Source of the DNA: an uncultured virus (IMG/VR IMGVR_UViG_3300008113_000027)
Lineage: Duplodnaviria; Heunggongvirae; Uroviricota; Caudoviricetes
Length of the DNA: 23,714 bases
IMG/VR virus record: IMGVR_UViG_3300008113_000027
Reading direction: 5' to 3' (one strand)
This document shows positions 10,201-18,120 of the stretch, in pieces. Position 1 is the stretch's first letter, and the number at the start of each line of letters is the position of its first letter. The notes beneath the pieces are model-generated. The model was not told the origin of the DNA. It was given only the letters and a program-made list of their open reading frames with translations, and did not search any database. The position numbers and the translations under genes were made by a program.

Positions 10201-12491
10201 ACATCATTAGAATACCCAACATTGCCTGTTAGTCTATTACCATCACTATATTCATAATCTAATCCACCTCTAAAATTATTCTTATTAAAACCTACATTAG
10301 CATTTACATTAGGCATTCCTCCTGCATTAGAATAAGATGCACCTATATTTAAATTAGGAGTATTATATCCTGCTGAAAATCCAAACTCATTTCCTTGAGT
10401 ACCTCTTTTTAAATTACCACTTACATTGAATTTATCATTACTAAATCCTGCATTTAAATCAGTAGTATTTTCTCCTAACCCAATTCTTTTTTCTGCACCA
10501 AAATTAAATCCTTTTTTATTTAAATTTAATGCTCCATACAGTCCTGGCATGTTTGTCATTGGATTAAAATACATTCCTGCATCAAGTCCATTAGTTGATA
10601 ATCCATATTCTAATGGTGACCTTGCTGTAAACATATTTCTATATTCAGGAGATAAAGATAAAAACTGTTGAAGTCTATCTTTATAATTTGGTGGGTCAAC
10701 TGGATTAGGTTTTACTTCTCCACCAACAGCCATTTTCTTTTTAATCTTTCTTTCTTGTTCAAGCATTTCCTTAGTAGGTTTTTTACCTGAACCTTTATTT
10801 GCTCTAATGTTATCCCAAAGTCCTCTTTGAGAATATGAACCATCTGCTCTTTTAATCATACCCCCATTAGCTTTTTGTTCAGGACTCATTTGTTCTCCTG
10901 ACATTTGATTTAATATTGTTCCTGCTGCACCAGTAGCACCAACAACAGGAGCTACTGCCCATAATTCATTAAATAATTTTGCTAATTTTTTTGGGTCTTT
11001 ATCTATTTGATTTAAAAATTCTTCTTTACCACTTATTGGATTAACAAAAATTTTATTTAAATCTTTAATTATACTTGATGCTTTATTTTCATCTATTATG
11101 TCATCTGGTTTAATATTGTAATATTTTCTTAATTCCATAATTCTTGCGTGTACCTCAGTTGGATTAGCTATATAACCTTGATAAGCTTTATCTGGGTCCA
11201 TATTTTCATATGGATTTTTACCTTGTGAACGTAAATCATTCCATTGTTTATAAGAATCAGATGCTTCAGTATTTAATAAATCTATTACTTTTTGTTTTTG
11301 TCCTGAAACTTCTAATGTTTCAGCAGGTACCCAGTCATGTGTTCCTTCATGTATTGCTGTTGAAATTCTCTTTTTTTGACTTAATTTTGGTGACCTTGAA
11401 ATCCAACTACCATATTGTTCAAATGGTCTAATTTGATTATCACTATAATACATTCTTGACTCTGGACTTATTCCATGCATATAACTAGCACCATAATTTC
11501 CTTCATGAATGTTACCTTCAGTATGTTTTCCTAAATATTCATCTACATTTTCTTTTAATTGTTGTTTTAAACTATATTCAGAAGATAATGGTTTAAATGT
11601 ACGAGCTTGGTCTTTTCCAATAAATATTGGTTTTAACATTTCCATTTTTTCAGTAGCAGGTATTGATTGAGCTATAGTTTTATCTATAACTTTATTCATA
11701 TCATTATCTATTTTCTTCTGTGTTGTTGGATGTGTTATCCATTCTTCTAACCATTTATTACCTTCTGCTATAGATTTTCTATTTTTTTTACCTTGTAATA
11801 ATTCACCAATAACTTGTTCTGCTAAATTACTAGAACTTCTTAAACCTCTTATTATACTTAAAGGATTATATCCACTTTTTTTAGTTGATAATTCAGGTAT
11901 TAAGTTAGTTATTTGTTTTGTAAGTTTTGGTGCTTTAGTTAATGTTTTAAAACCTTTTCCTGTTAAAATATCTAATGGTATATCTACACCCATTTGTACT
12001 AAAGGATTATCAGACACTAATGCACCAGGAGTTAGTTGGTCATTACTAGGCAACCATTGTTTATCTTCAGGTCTTAGTTGACTTTCTAAACCCATGTCAG
12101 TCATAACCCTTGCTAAATTAGGTAATGCAGAATAATAATCATTTCTACCTGATAATAATTCACCTGCCATAGCTAATGGTGTATTCATAAGTTCACCTGC
12201 ATAACCTAGCATTGTACCTGTTCCTTGTGCAACACCTTTAGCAAAATCACCAGTACCTTTTCTAACTTTATCTTGAGCTTTACCTACTCTTTGATTTTTA
12301 TAAAGTTCATCCCAAGCATCATTCATACCTCTTGGAACACTTACCCATTCTTCTAATAAATTATCCCAAACTACATCTCCCCCTTCAAACTTATCTTCAT
12401 ACATTTGAGCATAACTAGGAGAATTGACATCATAGATTTTACTGTCAACTTGTATTTGATTTTTTTTGAGTTTTCTTTTTTGTTTACTCAT
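7218..12491 (-). CDS. Multidomain virion cargo protein (1757 aa): zincin metallopeptidase, small basic modules, beta-hairpin-repeat domain, EVEGxE/GPSHExGGI core, C-terminal coiled coil
   Basis: HEGTH at 11337-11351 with downstream NPTEVHAR. Amphipathic beta-repeats at 10125-10613. Core VEVEGQE...GPSHENGGIPVALPEGTKVYSDRLK at ~9394-9530. Lies directly after the muzzle gene, where crAss-like phages place the first cargo protein. Confidence 0.8.
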   Translation of the reverse strand: MSKQKRKLKKNQIQVDSKIYDVNSPSYAQMYEDKFEGGDVVWDNLLEEWVSVPRGMNDAWDELYKNQRVGKAQDKVRKGTGDFAKGVAQGTGTMLGYAGELMNTPLAMAGELLSGRNDYYSALPNLARVMTDMGLESQLRPEDKQWLPSNDQLTPGALVSDNPLVQMGVDIPLDILTGKGFKTLTKAPKLTKQITNLIPELSTKKSGYNPLSIIRGLRSSSNLAEQVIGELLQGKKNRKSIAEGNKWLEEWITHPTTQKKIDNDMNKVIDKTIAQSIPATEKMEMLKPIFIGKDQARTFKPLSSEYSLKQQLKENVDEYLGKHTEGNIHEGNYGASYMHGISPESRMYYSDNQIRPFEQYGSWISRSPKLSQKKRISTAIHEGTHDWVPAETLEVSGQKQKVIDLLNTEASDSYKQWNDLRSQGKNPYENMDPDKAYQGYIANPTEVHARIMELRKYYNIKPDDIIDENKASSIIKDLNKIFVNPISGKEEFLNQIDKDPKKLAKLFNELWAVAPVVGATGAAGTILNQMSGEQMSPEQKANGGMIKRADGSYSQRGLWDNIRANKGSGKKPTKEMLEQERKIKKKMAVGGEVKPNPVDPPNYKDRLQQFLSLSPEYRNMFTARSPLEYGLSTNGLDAGMYFNPMTNMPGLYGALNLNKKGFNFGAEKRIGLGENTTDLNAGFSNDKFNVSGNLKRGTQGNEFGFSAGYNTPNLNIGASYSNAGGMPNVNANVGFNKNNFRGGLDYEYSDGNRLTGNVGYSNDVYDVGVSGMYSPTDSNISANLNYKLGTRKKQKTEPINIKSDKEPQEIKLINDDEVSSGEAAFPNMKNNKIPKLGFGATLAPMLFDVGANALVNLTSKAVTDMVKAIREPEPELRPTKPNTGFMMGYGGMVDEYGTGGTIHIKPSKRGTFTAAAKKRGMGVQEFASKVLANKDNYSSAMVKKANFAKNAAGWKHAYGGMIDPSMYMQQMMYGSYAQGGQVPQNIPVEVEGQEMYEMPNGQMGEFEGPSHENGGIPVALPEGTKVYSDRLKVNGKTMADRKDKRERNIAKLEKLLGKSPHDKFLRQSLERQKETAALEEQSDMAMQEQANQQQAQAQQAEQVMMQEQAMAGLMQDPAMMQQMGMMMYGGKLNNGTPPYGLVNPFIPEYTAPQTGAYPQMTDANYAQMLNEKNYQHPYKYTPSSDKNLNHDMYSGYGKYPSYIYRNTYDEKGDNNQWSYFNPAGKGTDWVNIDSKHPAFNELETNLSSDYQKYWIDREYPNEYPNIEPSAEMYLFSQPLRPKNIIPKIESEINLNTKTPTTEPEKVSTTIKTSTPYNPNKTITVPDESSDLFQKVNLGGFGFQKDKKRYMQQGTPIEEMDNLIKINGQWVENPYDSPGVNPYDVMNNVMGNTFGNIALSKDPYINTKGGMIPNPLYNEVIGNKMLSEEKGKKPNKFMNFLNKAVDETGDFFSGLFDKNGKPKKDKGTKSDKTKSGEDLDFTRGDLMGLAGNLFGGVGPMMGTFLNRMETPKNVNFFREYGAEGLRAMQEAQALAAINRDKQLGDIKLGEEASRQRGRNSARGVNTLRAMDIAADMGANQAQNQAYNMYAQQMAQMLGQKAQMENQQDQMVMQGEYNRDLADRQDIDQFYTNLSQNLASQSELMQKTGRDLNTAQYNKMLLNMSPMFSKYGIGVSMRNGEVVFTHNGKTLSEREKELLIEKVNKEEAAKNKVQTPVTTTNPTTFNSFGINPYFNPTFTDINLPSVTDQSFIKATTKRR
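10125..10613 (-). repeat. Degenerate ~22-aa tandem beta-hairpin repeats (about 13 strands) within the 1757-aa protein
   Basis: Units GLYGALNLNKKGFNFGAEKRIG / TDLNAGFSNDKFNVSGNLKRG / EFGFSAGYNTPNLNIGASYSNA / NVNANVGFNKNNFRGGLDYEYS / RLTGNVGYSNDVYDVGVSGMYS / NISANLNYKL. Confidence 0.8.
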
Positions 12492-15400
12492 TATCTTATA
12501 GAATTTTGCTCTGTTTCTAATGTGAAGTTAGTAGTTAGTTCTACATCCTCAAAGGTAGTAAATCTTAATCTTATAATCAAATATTTATCTCTGAAGGATT
12601 CCTGGTCATACCAATTCTTATTAGTATTTATTACAGAAACATTGATTACTTTATCAATAGGATATGATGAACTTATTGCACTCCATTCTTTAGTAAACAT
12701 TGGAAGTGTATAATCAATTCTTAAATCTCTAAAGTCATTTATAGTCCAATCTCTTTCTGTTCTATTTATAACAATAGATGTAGCATTATTTACAGTTTGA
12801 TTTTCAAAATAATCTTGAGGATTAACTTGAGCATCTTTAGGAATCATTTGAACTTCACCTGATATTTGTCTATGATTATAAACAGTCAAATAATTAAATG
12901 TTACATTCTTTAACTCATAATAATCCTGACTAGTACTATTATATTTTTGAGCAATAGTTTGTAATTGTAAATCTTCCCAAAGTCTAGTATTCAATGGATT
13001 AGATACTGATACTGTTTCAATTATGTGTGAGTAAAGAGTACCATAATATTTTTGATGTAATCCTTGAATATTATGTTTCCACTCTGTTTCTCCATTAGCT
13101 GAATAAAAAGTATTTTGGTCTTGAGAATAGAATAGTGGAAGATAAGAATGGAATGATACCCAAGTTTTAGTTAGCAATGAAAATGAAATTGTAAATGATT
13201 TATTTTCAAAGAATGTAGGGTTATTAAAAGATATATTTGTAAAACTTGTACCTCCATTATATCTTACAAATCTATTAGTATCTGCATTAAAATAAATTTT
13301 ACCAGACACTAAATCTAAATATCCAGCATCAATACTTATAATTTTAAATTCACTTAAATAATCAGGTCTTAATAAATAATCTCTTTTAGTAAAAATAACT
13401 CTTTGATGTCTTGGGTCAAATACTGAATGAATACCTATACCATTAGGGTTATTAGGATTATCAGTATTAGGAAATACTTCACCTGTAAGGTCAAAAAATT
13501 GTTGAGCAAGATATGGTTTAAGATATTCTTGAAACCAATTATACATACCCTCACCACTTATTTTTGCTAATCCTCCTTCTCCACTACTAACAAGATATAA
13601 ACTCTTTTCATATTCAGAAGCATAAAATATACCAAGAGGTGATTTAAGAATACTCCATTTATGATTAGTACCTGCACTACCCATATCTGAATCTACCATT
13701 TTTCTTGGAGGTATTGAAAAATATTCTCCTGTACCTATGTATGTAACTATTTCATTAACAATACTTTGTTGTACATTTTGAGGTAGTAACCATAAGCACT
13801 CTTCAGTAAATACAAATAATGAATTATTCTTTCTTACTAATCCTGTAATACCACCATGCTCTGCTTCTATATCTCTATAATTGTTAGCTAAGAATGTTCT
13901 ATAGTTATCACTTAGTTCTTCTTGAAAACTTGTTTCAGAATAATATACTCTATCAGGAAAAGATTCTAAACAATCTGAACAACATTCATAATTTGATGGT
14001 AATGGAAAATAAACTTTTTGCTTATCCATTCTACTAAAGTCAACATTATAATGATATATCTCTGGACAACACAATCCTTTATATAACCACTTATCTTTAT
14101 CTTCATCATAATATAACCATCTTTCAACAAAGTAATCTATGATTTTAGGATATTGATAATTATAATAAACTCCACAACTATGATTTTCTACTTGTCTTAA
14201 AGCAGTATTAACTTCTGATTCTGTATACACACCTATAAGATGTTCATTTGCAAGTGCTATAAAATTACCAAAAACACCTACAAATAAACTATCTAACTCA
14301 GTATCTTTAACCGTTTTATCTAATTCAGTATCTTTAAAAGAATCTACAAATCCTTTAACTATTAATGCTGATACTCCAATAGAACCTAATGTAATTGCAG
14401 TAATAGCTATAATTGCAGGTAAAGTAGTAGGAATAAGTATACCTGCTGCACCAAGTACTGCTGATACTGCTAATCCTGATGCTCCTCCTGCTGTAAGTGC
14501 AATACCAACTGCTGCTGCAACAATTACTAAACCTAAAACTAATTCACCTATTATACCACTAAACATTTCTCTTAAAAGAGAATTAGAAAGATTATAATGT
14601 GTAATAGATACATCACCTGCATATAATCCAAAATCACTTCCTGTTGAAGGTGCAGTTAACATACAATTATGCATCTTATAATACTTAATTGAATTAAGAT
14701 TACAATGCACATCTCTTTCTACTCTTAAAGTTACATAAGGAATATGTCTATTATTTAAATCATCTCTTTTAGGAAGATTTTGACCTAACTTAATCATTTG
14801 CACTCTGTTAGACCAAGATACATTATATTGCCTATATCCTGTTTCATAGTTATCATCATATGACAAAGCATTTGATGAAAGTATTTTTAACTTTGCAAAA
14901 TTCCTATCACTATTAGTTGTAAATGTTCCTTTGTATACTTGAGTTCTTCTTTCTATAAGTGGGTCAACATCTACAAACATAGACCCTGCTCCATCAAATT
15001 TTTTACTTCCTAAATTTGTTTTATCATAATTAAATTCTCTTTCAAGTTTTAAATATTCAGGAATAAGCAAATTATTTTGATATTGAAATTTAGGATTTAA
15101 TAAATATGAATGTCCATCATCAGCATCATTACCTTTTGTAAAATAAGAAAATGTAAGATATTGAAATTTAGCATCAGTATATCTTGCTCTACCTGCTATA
15201 CCTGCATCAAGTATTTCAGCAGTATAAGTAGTTAATGTATTTGAATAACTAGTTATGGTAAATACATCAATTCCATCAGATGATGGTTGAGTATCTACTG
15301 TAAATGTAAAAACACCATTAGTTAAATCATCTTCATTAATAGTTTGAGTTACAGGAGTTTGAGGAGTTAAAGGAGGAATATTGTATTTATAATCAACAGT

Positions 15401-17122
15401 TAAATATAAAGGTAAACCAGGTGTAGGCCATACAAACCCTTCATTTAAAGTAACAGTCACAGTAAGACTATAAAATGTATTTAATGAGTTATCATTATCT
15501 ACATGAGTTTCTAATCCTCTTGATGGGAATCTATGATGTCTTATAGGTGTATTTACAATTGGATTACCACATATATCTTCTCCCCAATAATCTCCTGATG
15601 CACAAGAATCTATATCTTCATAGTTAGATTGACTACATTCCCAATATGCCATTTGACCTTCTAAATCAGAAGGATTATATTTATATGCAGTTTCATATAC
15701 TCTCCATTTTTCTACTTTGGGAATTAAATCATCATTATATGCAGTTTCTAATGATATTGGAACAATATGTTCTATATCATGATTCCAATCTTCTATAACT
15801 GAATCATCATCTGTAGGTTCACAAGAATTTGTATTCCAATCCCATCTTTGATTTTTAGGTGGTCCAGGAATATGATAAGCAGGGGATTCAAATCCATCAG
15901 CAAATACATATACTATACCCATAGCATATACTTCGCCACCCATAAATCCTATACACTCAAATGGAGATAAAGGATTTTTGGGATTACCTACTTCACTAAT
16001 ATCTTTATCACCTACTTCTTTTACAATATAACGAGAATGTATTTTAGATGCATATTTTTGAAATCCACAAAAGTTTACTTGTTTACCTTTTGTATTAGCA
16101 AGTAATAATTTATTTTCTAATTGTTCTATATGTCTAGCAACTTCAATATCAATTTTACCTGGTTTAATTTCTTCAGCAGAAATTTCTGTATAACCATTTA
16201 ACCCTCCATCATATACAAATGTAGTTTGACTTATGGGTATATTAGGGGATACAACAGTCTTATTTACTATTCCTGTAAATTGACTTGCTTTCATTACTGC
16301 TATTCTATAATAGCTAAAGTTATTATCTAAATTAGAAAGATTAAGTTGAATAGCTTTATTAGTAGGTGCAGGTGACCCAGCTAATCCATCATATTCTAAT
16401 TGAGATGAACCATCAATAAATTGATATGCAGAGTATATACTATCATGATAAATATTAATAGGTCTTGAAGTTACAATCCAATTAGTAGGATTACCATCCT
16501 CATTAAGTAATTGAATAGAGAAGTTATATGAGCCTGCTTCTAATTGACCACCATTAATTATTTCAGCTTCAGAAAAACATGGTATTTTAAAATCTTGAAT
16601 CAAATTAAATTTAACACAATTCCATTTCTCACCTGTAAATGGTGGAAGAGGTATAGGAGATTCAAGATAAGTTATATAAGCATCACTATAGTAATCTTCT
16701 AATTTAGCAAAATTAATTTGTCTTACAGAATTAAGATTGTCAGTAAAGTACACTACTGTTTCACAGCCTCTCCTTAATCTATATGTTGCATCTATTTGAT
16801 ATTCAATACTAAATCCTAAACATTCAGAATTTACTACAGAAGTATATTCACAATTTTTTACTGTACCTATTTCACTATTAGTTCCATTAGTACTAAAGAT
16901 AACTATCTCATTATCTTTAGTATAAACTTTACCTATTCTATAATATCCATTAGGAAGAGTGTAACATTCCTCATTTCCTTTTTCATTAGATAGCATTGTT
17001 CTGTTACCTTCATTGGTTTCATTAACAGCATTCAATGCATATCTATAAGATTCTTTAGGTTGGTCAACAGGATTAACATCCTGCATCATACCTTTATTTG
17101 GTCTGTTTACATTTTTATCCAT
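12491..17122 (-). CDS. Tail stabilisation / muzzle protein (P22 gp10-like crAss family), 1543 aa
   Basis: N-terminal KGMMQDVNPVDQPKESYRYALN, VYFTDNLNSVRQIN, IRHHRFP, RVYYSE...DNYRTFLANNY and C-terminal SFTISFS...WVSFHSYLP match my recollection of crAss-like stabiliser proteins. Directly follows the tail tubular gene. Confidence 0.82.
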   Translation of the reverse strand: MDKNVNRPNKGMMQDVNPVDQPKESYRYALNAVNETNEGNRTMLSNEKGNEECYTLPNGYYRIGKVYTKDNEIVIFSTNGTNSEIGTVKNCEYTSVVNSECLGFSIEYQIDATYRLRRGCETVVYFTDNLNSVRQINFAKLEDYYSDAYITYLESPIPLPPFTGEKWNCVKFNLIQDFKIPCFSEAEIINGGQLEAGSYNFSIQLLNEDGNPTNWIVTSRPINIYHDSIYSAYQFIDGSSQLEYDGLAGSPAPTNKAIQLNLSNLDNNFSYYRIAVMKASQFTGIVNKTVVSPNIPISQTTFVYDGGLNGYTEISAEEIKPGKIDIEVARHIEQLENKLLLANTKGKQVNFCGFQKYASKIHSRYIVKEVGDKDISEVGNPKNPLSPFECIGFMGGEVYAMGIVYVFADGFESPAYHIPGPPKNQRWDWNTNSCEPTDDDSVIEDWNHDIEHIVPISLETAYNDDLIPKVEKWRVYETAYKYNPSDLEGQMAYWECSQSNYEDIDSCASGDYWGEDICGNPIVNTPIRHHRFPSRGLETHVDNDNSLNTFYSLTVTVTLNEGFVWPTPGLPLYLTVDYKYNIPPLTPQTPVTQTINEDDLTNGVFTFTVDTQPSSDGIDVFTITSYSNTLTTYTAEILDAGIAGRARYTDAKFQYLTFSYFTKGNDADDGHSYLLNPKFQYQNNLLIPEYLKLEREFNYDKTNLGSKKFDGAGSMFVDVDPLIERRTQVYKGTFTTNSDRNFAKLKILSSNALSYDDNYETGYRQYNVSWSNRVQMIKLGQNLPKRDDLNNRHIPYVTLRVERDVHCNLNSIKYYKMHNCMLTAPSTGSDFGLYAGDVSITHYNLSNSLLREMFSGIIGELVLGLVIVAAAVGIALTAGGASGLAVSAVLGAAGILIPTTLPAIIAITAITLGSIGVSALIVKGFVDSFKDTELDKTVKDTELDSLFVGVFGNFIALANEHLIGVYTESEVNTALRQVENHSCGVYYNYQYPKIIDYFVERWLYYDEDKDKWLYKGLCCPEIYHYNVDFSRMDKQKVYFPLPSNYECCSDCLESFPDRVYYSETSFQEELSDNYRTFLANNYRDIEAEHGGITGLVRKNNSLFVFTEECLWLLPQNVQQSIVNEIVTYIGTGEYFSIPPRKMVDSDMGSAGTNHKWSILKSPLGIFYASEYEKSLYLVSSGEGGLAKISGEGMYNWFQEYLKPYLAQQFFDLTGEVFPNTDNPNNPNGIGIHSVFDPRHQRVIFTKRDYLLRPDYLSEFKIISIDAGYLDLVSGKIYFNADTNRFVRYNGGTSFTNISFNNPTFFENKSFTISFSLLTKTWVSFHSYLPLFYSQDQNTFYSANGETEWKHNIQGLHQKYYGTLYSHIIETVSVSNPLNTRLWEDLQLQTIAQKYNSTSQDYYELKNVTFNYLTVYNHRQISGEVQMIPKDAQVNPQDYFENQTVNNATSIVINRTERDWTINDFRDLRIDYTLPMFTKEWSAISSSYPIDKVINVSVINTNKNWYDQESFRDKYLIIRLRFTTFEDVELTTNFTLETEQNSIR
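14291..14337 (-). repeat. 20-bp direct repeat (1 mismatch, 27-bp period) encoding KDTELDKTVKDTELD
   Basis: atctaactcagtatctttaa (14291-14310) and atctaattcagtatctttaa (14318-14337). Confidence 0.85.
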
Positions 17123-18120
17123 TAGATATATGAGTTGTGATATCCTCTAAAATAATTTCTAAAGTCAGGGTCATTAAACTTACGAGATTCAGGTCTTGAC
17201 ATTTTACCAAAGAAACCATAGTATCTGTTAATACGAGGTAACATATAATTTCTTTGTTCAAGAATATTTTGCCATTGGTCAACACCTTTAGGCATCATAG
17301 CTCTATTACGAGCTTGTTTACAATACCATTGCCAATCTTGTTCTGCTTTTTGTAATTTACCTACTGAACCTTCTCTATTAGCATAAAACTCTCTTTCCAT
17401 TAACTTCATTACTACATATTTAGTAATAGCAGTAGTATAAGCATAGTGGTCAGGTATCATTGGATAACCTTGTTCATCTACTTGTTGTCTTACATAACTT
17501 AATACTATTTGAGTTTTCTCAAATGAAAACCTAAGAGTATCTCCATTGATAATTGTGTACTCATCAAACATACCAATGTGTTCACTATACAATTTAGCTT
17601 GTTCAGGATGATTACATACAATAGAATTAAAGAATGAGTGATTACTTAATCTTACAGTAGAAAAACAATTATTAAAAAGATATGATGAAGAGTAATAACC
17701 TGATTCACTTCTTAAGTCAAAGTAAGGTCTATAGTATGCTAAATCATACCCATCTATTGGCATTCCATTACAATCAATAGCAACAGGAATATCAGCAGGT
17801 ATATCAGAAGTAGCAGTTGCATCTGCAGCAGCTATTACATCTGATGGACATAATCCACATTGTTTTTTATCATCCCAACAAATGTTTCTTGCTATTTGAA
17901 TAATAGCATGTAGTCCATTAGGTAATTGACATTGATGGTCTTTAACTTCTATAAATGCTACTGCTTCTTCATAAAGTGTAATAGCACCAATAGCTTGTAA
18001 AGCTTCTGCTGCCCATTCAATAACATCAGATTCATTTACATTTTCAAGAGAACCAAAATCTCTTCTGAGTTTACCAAGAATCCTATTTACTGAAACATAA
18101 GGTGTAACTTCATTACTCAT
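17122..18120 (-). CDS. Tail tubular / ring protein (P22 gp4-like crAss family), 332 aa
   Basis: YVSVNRILGKLRRD...DVIEWAAEAL N-terminus, LSY...VDEQGYPMIPD and WQWYCKQAR C-terminal motifs. Lies between the HU/IHF-like and stabiliser genes. Confidence 0.78.
   Translation of the reverse strand: MSNEVTPYVSVNRILGKLRRDFGSLENVNESDVIEWAAEALQAIGAITLYEEAVAFIEVKDHQCQLPNGLHAIIQIARNICWDDKKQCGLCPSDVIAAADATATSDIPADIPVAIDCNGMPIDGYDLAYYRPYFDLRSESGYYSSSYLFNNCFSTVRLSNHSFFNSIVCNHPEQAKLYSEHIGMFDEYTIINGDTLRFSFEKTQIVLSYVRQQVDEQGYPMIPDHYAYTTAITKYVVMKLMEREFYANREGSVGKLQKAEQDWQWYCKQARNRAMMPKGVDQWQNILEQRNYMLPRINRYYGFFGKMSRPESRKFNDPDFRNYFRGYHNSYI

Noticed and set aside
170..12713. Short plus-strand ORFs in the track (170-445, 1905-2099, 5459-5650, 7210-7443, 10426-10671, 11210-11431, 12405-12713) and the nested minus ORF 6569-6766
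   Set aside because: All overlap long minus-strand genes. Their F/L/S/I-rich composition is the expected antisense or off-frame shadow of Lys/Glu-rich coding sequence, and none has a recognisable motif.
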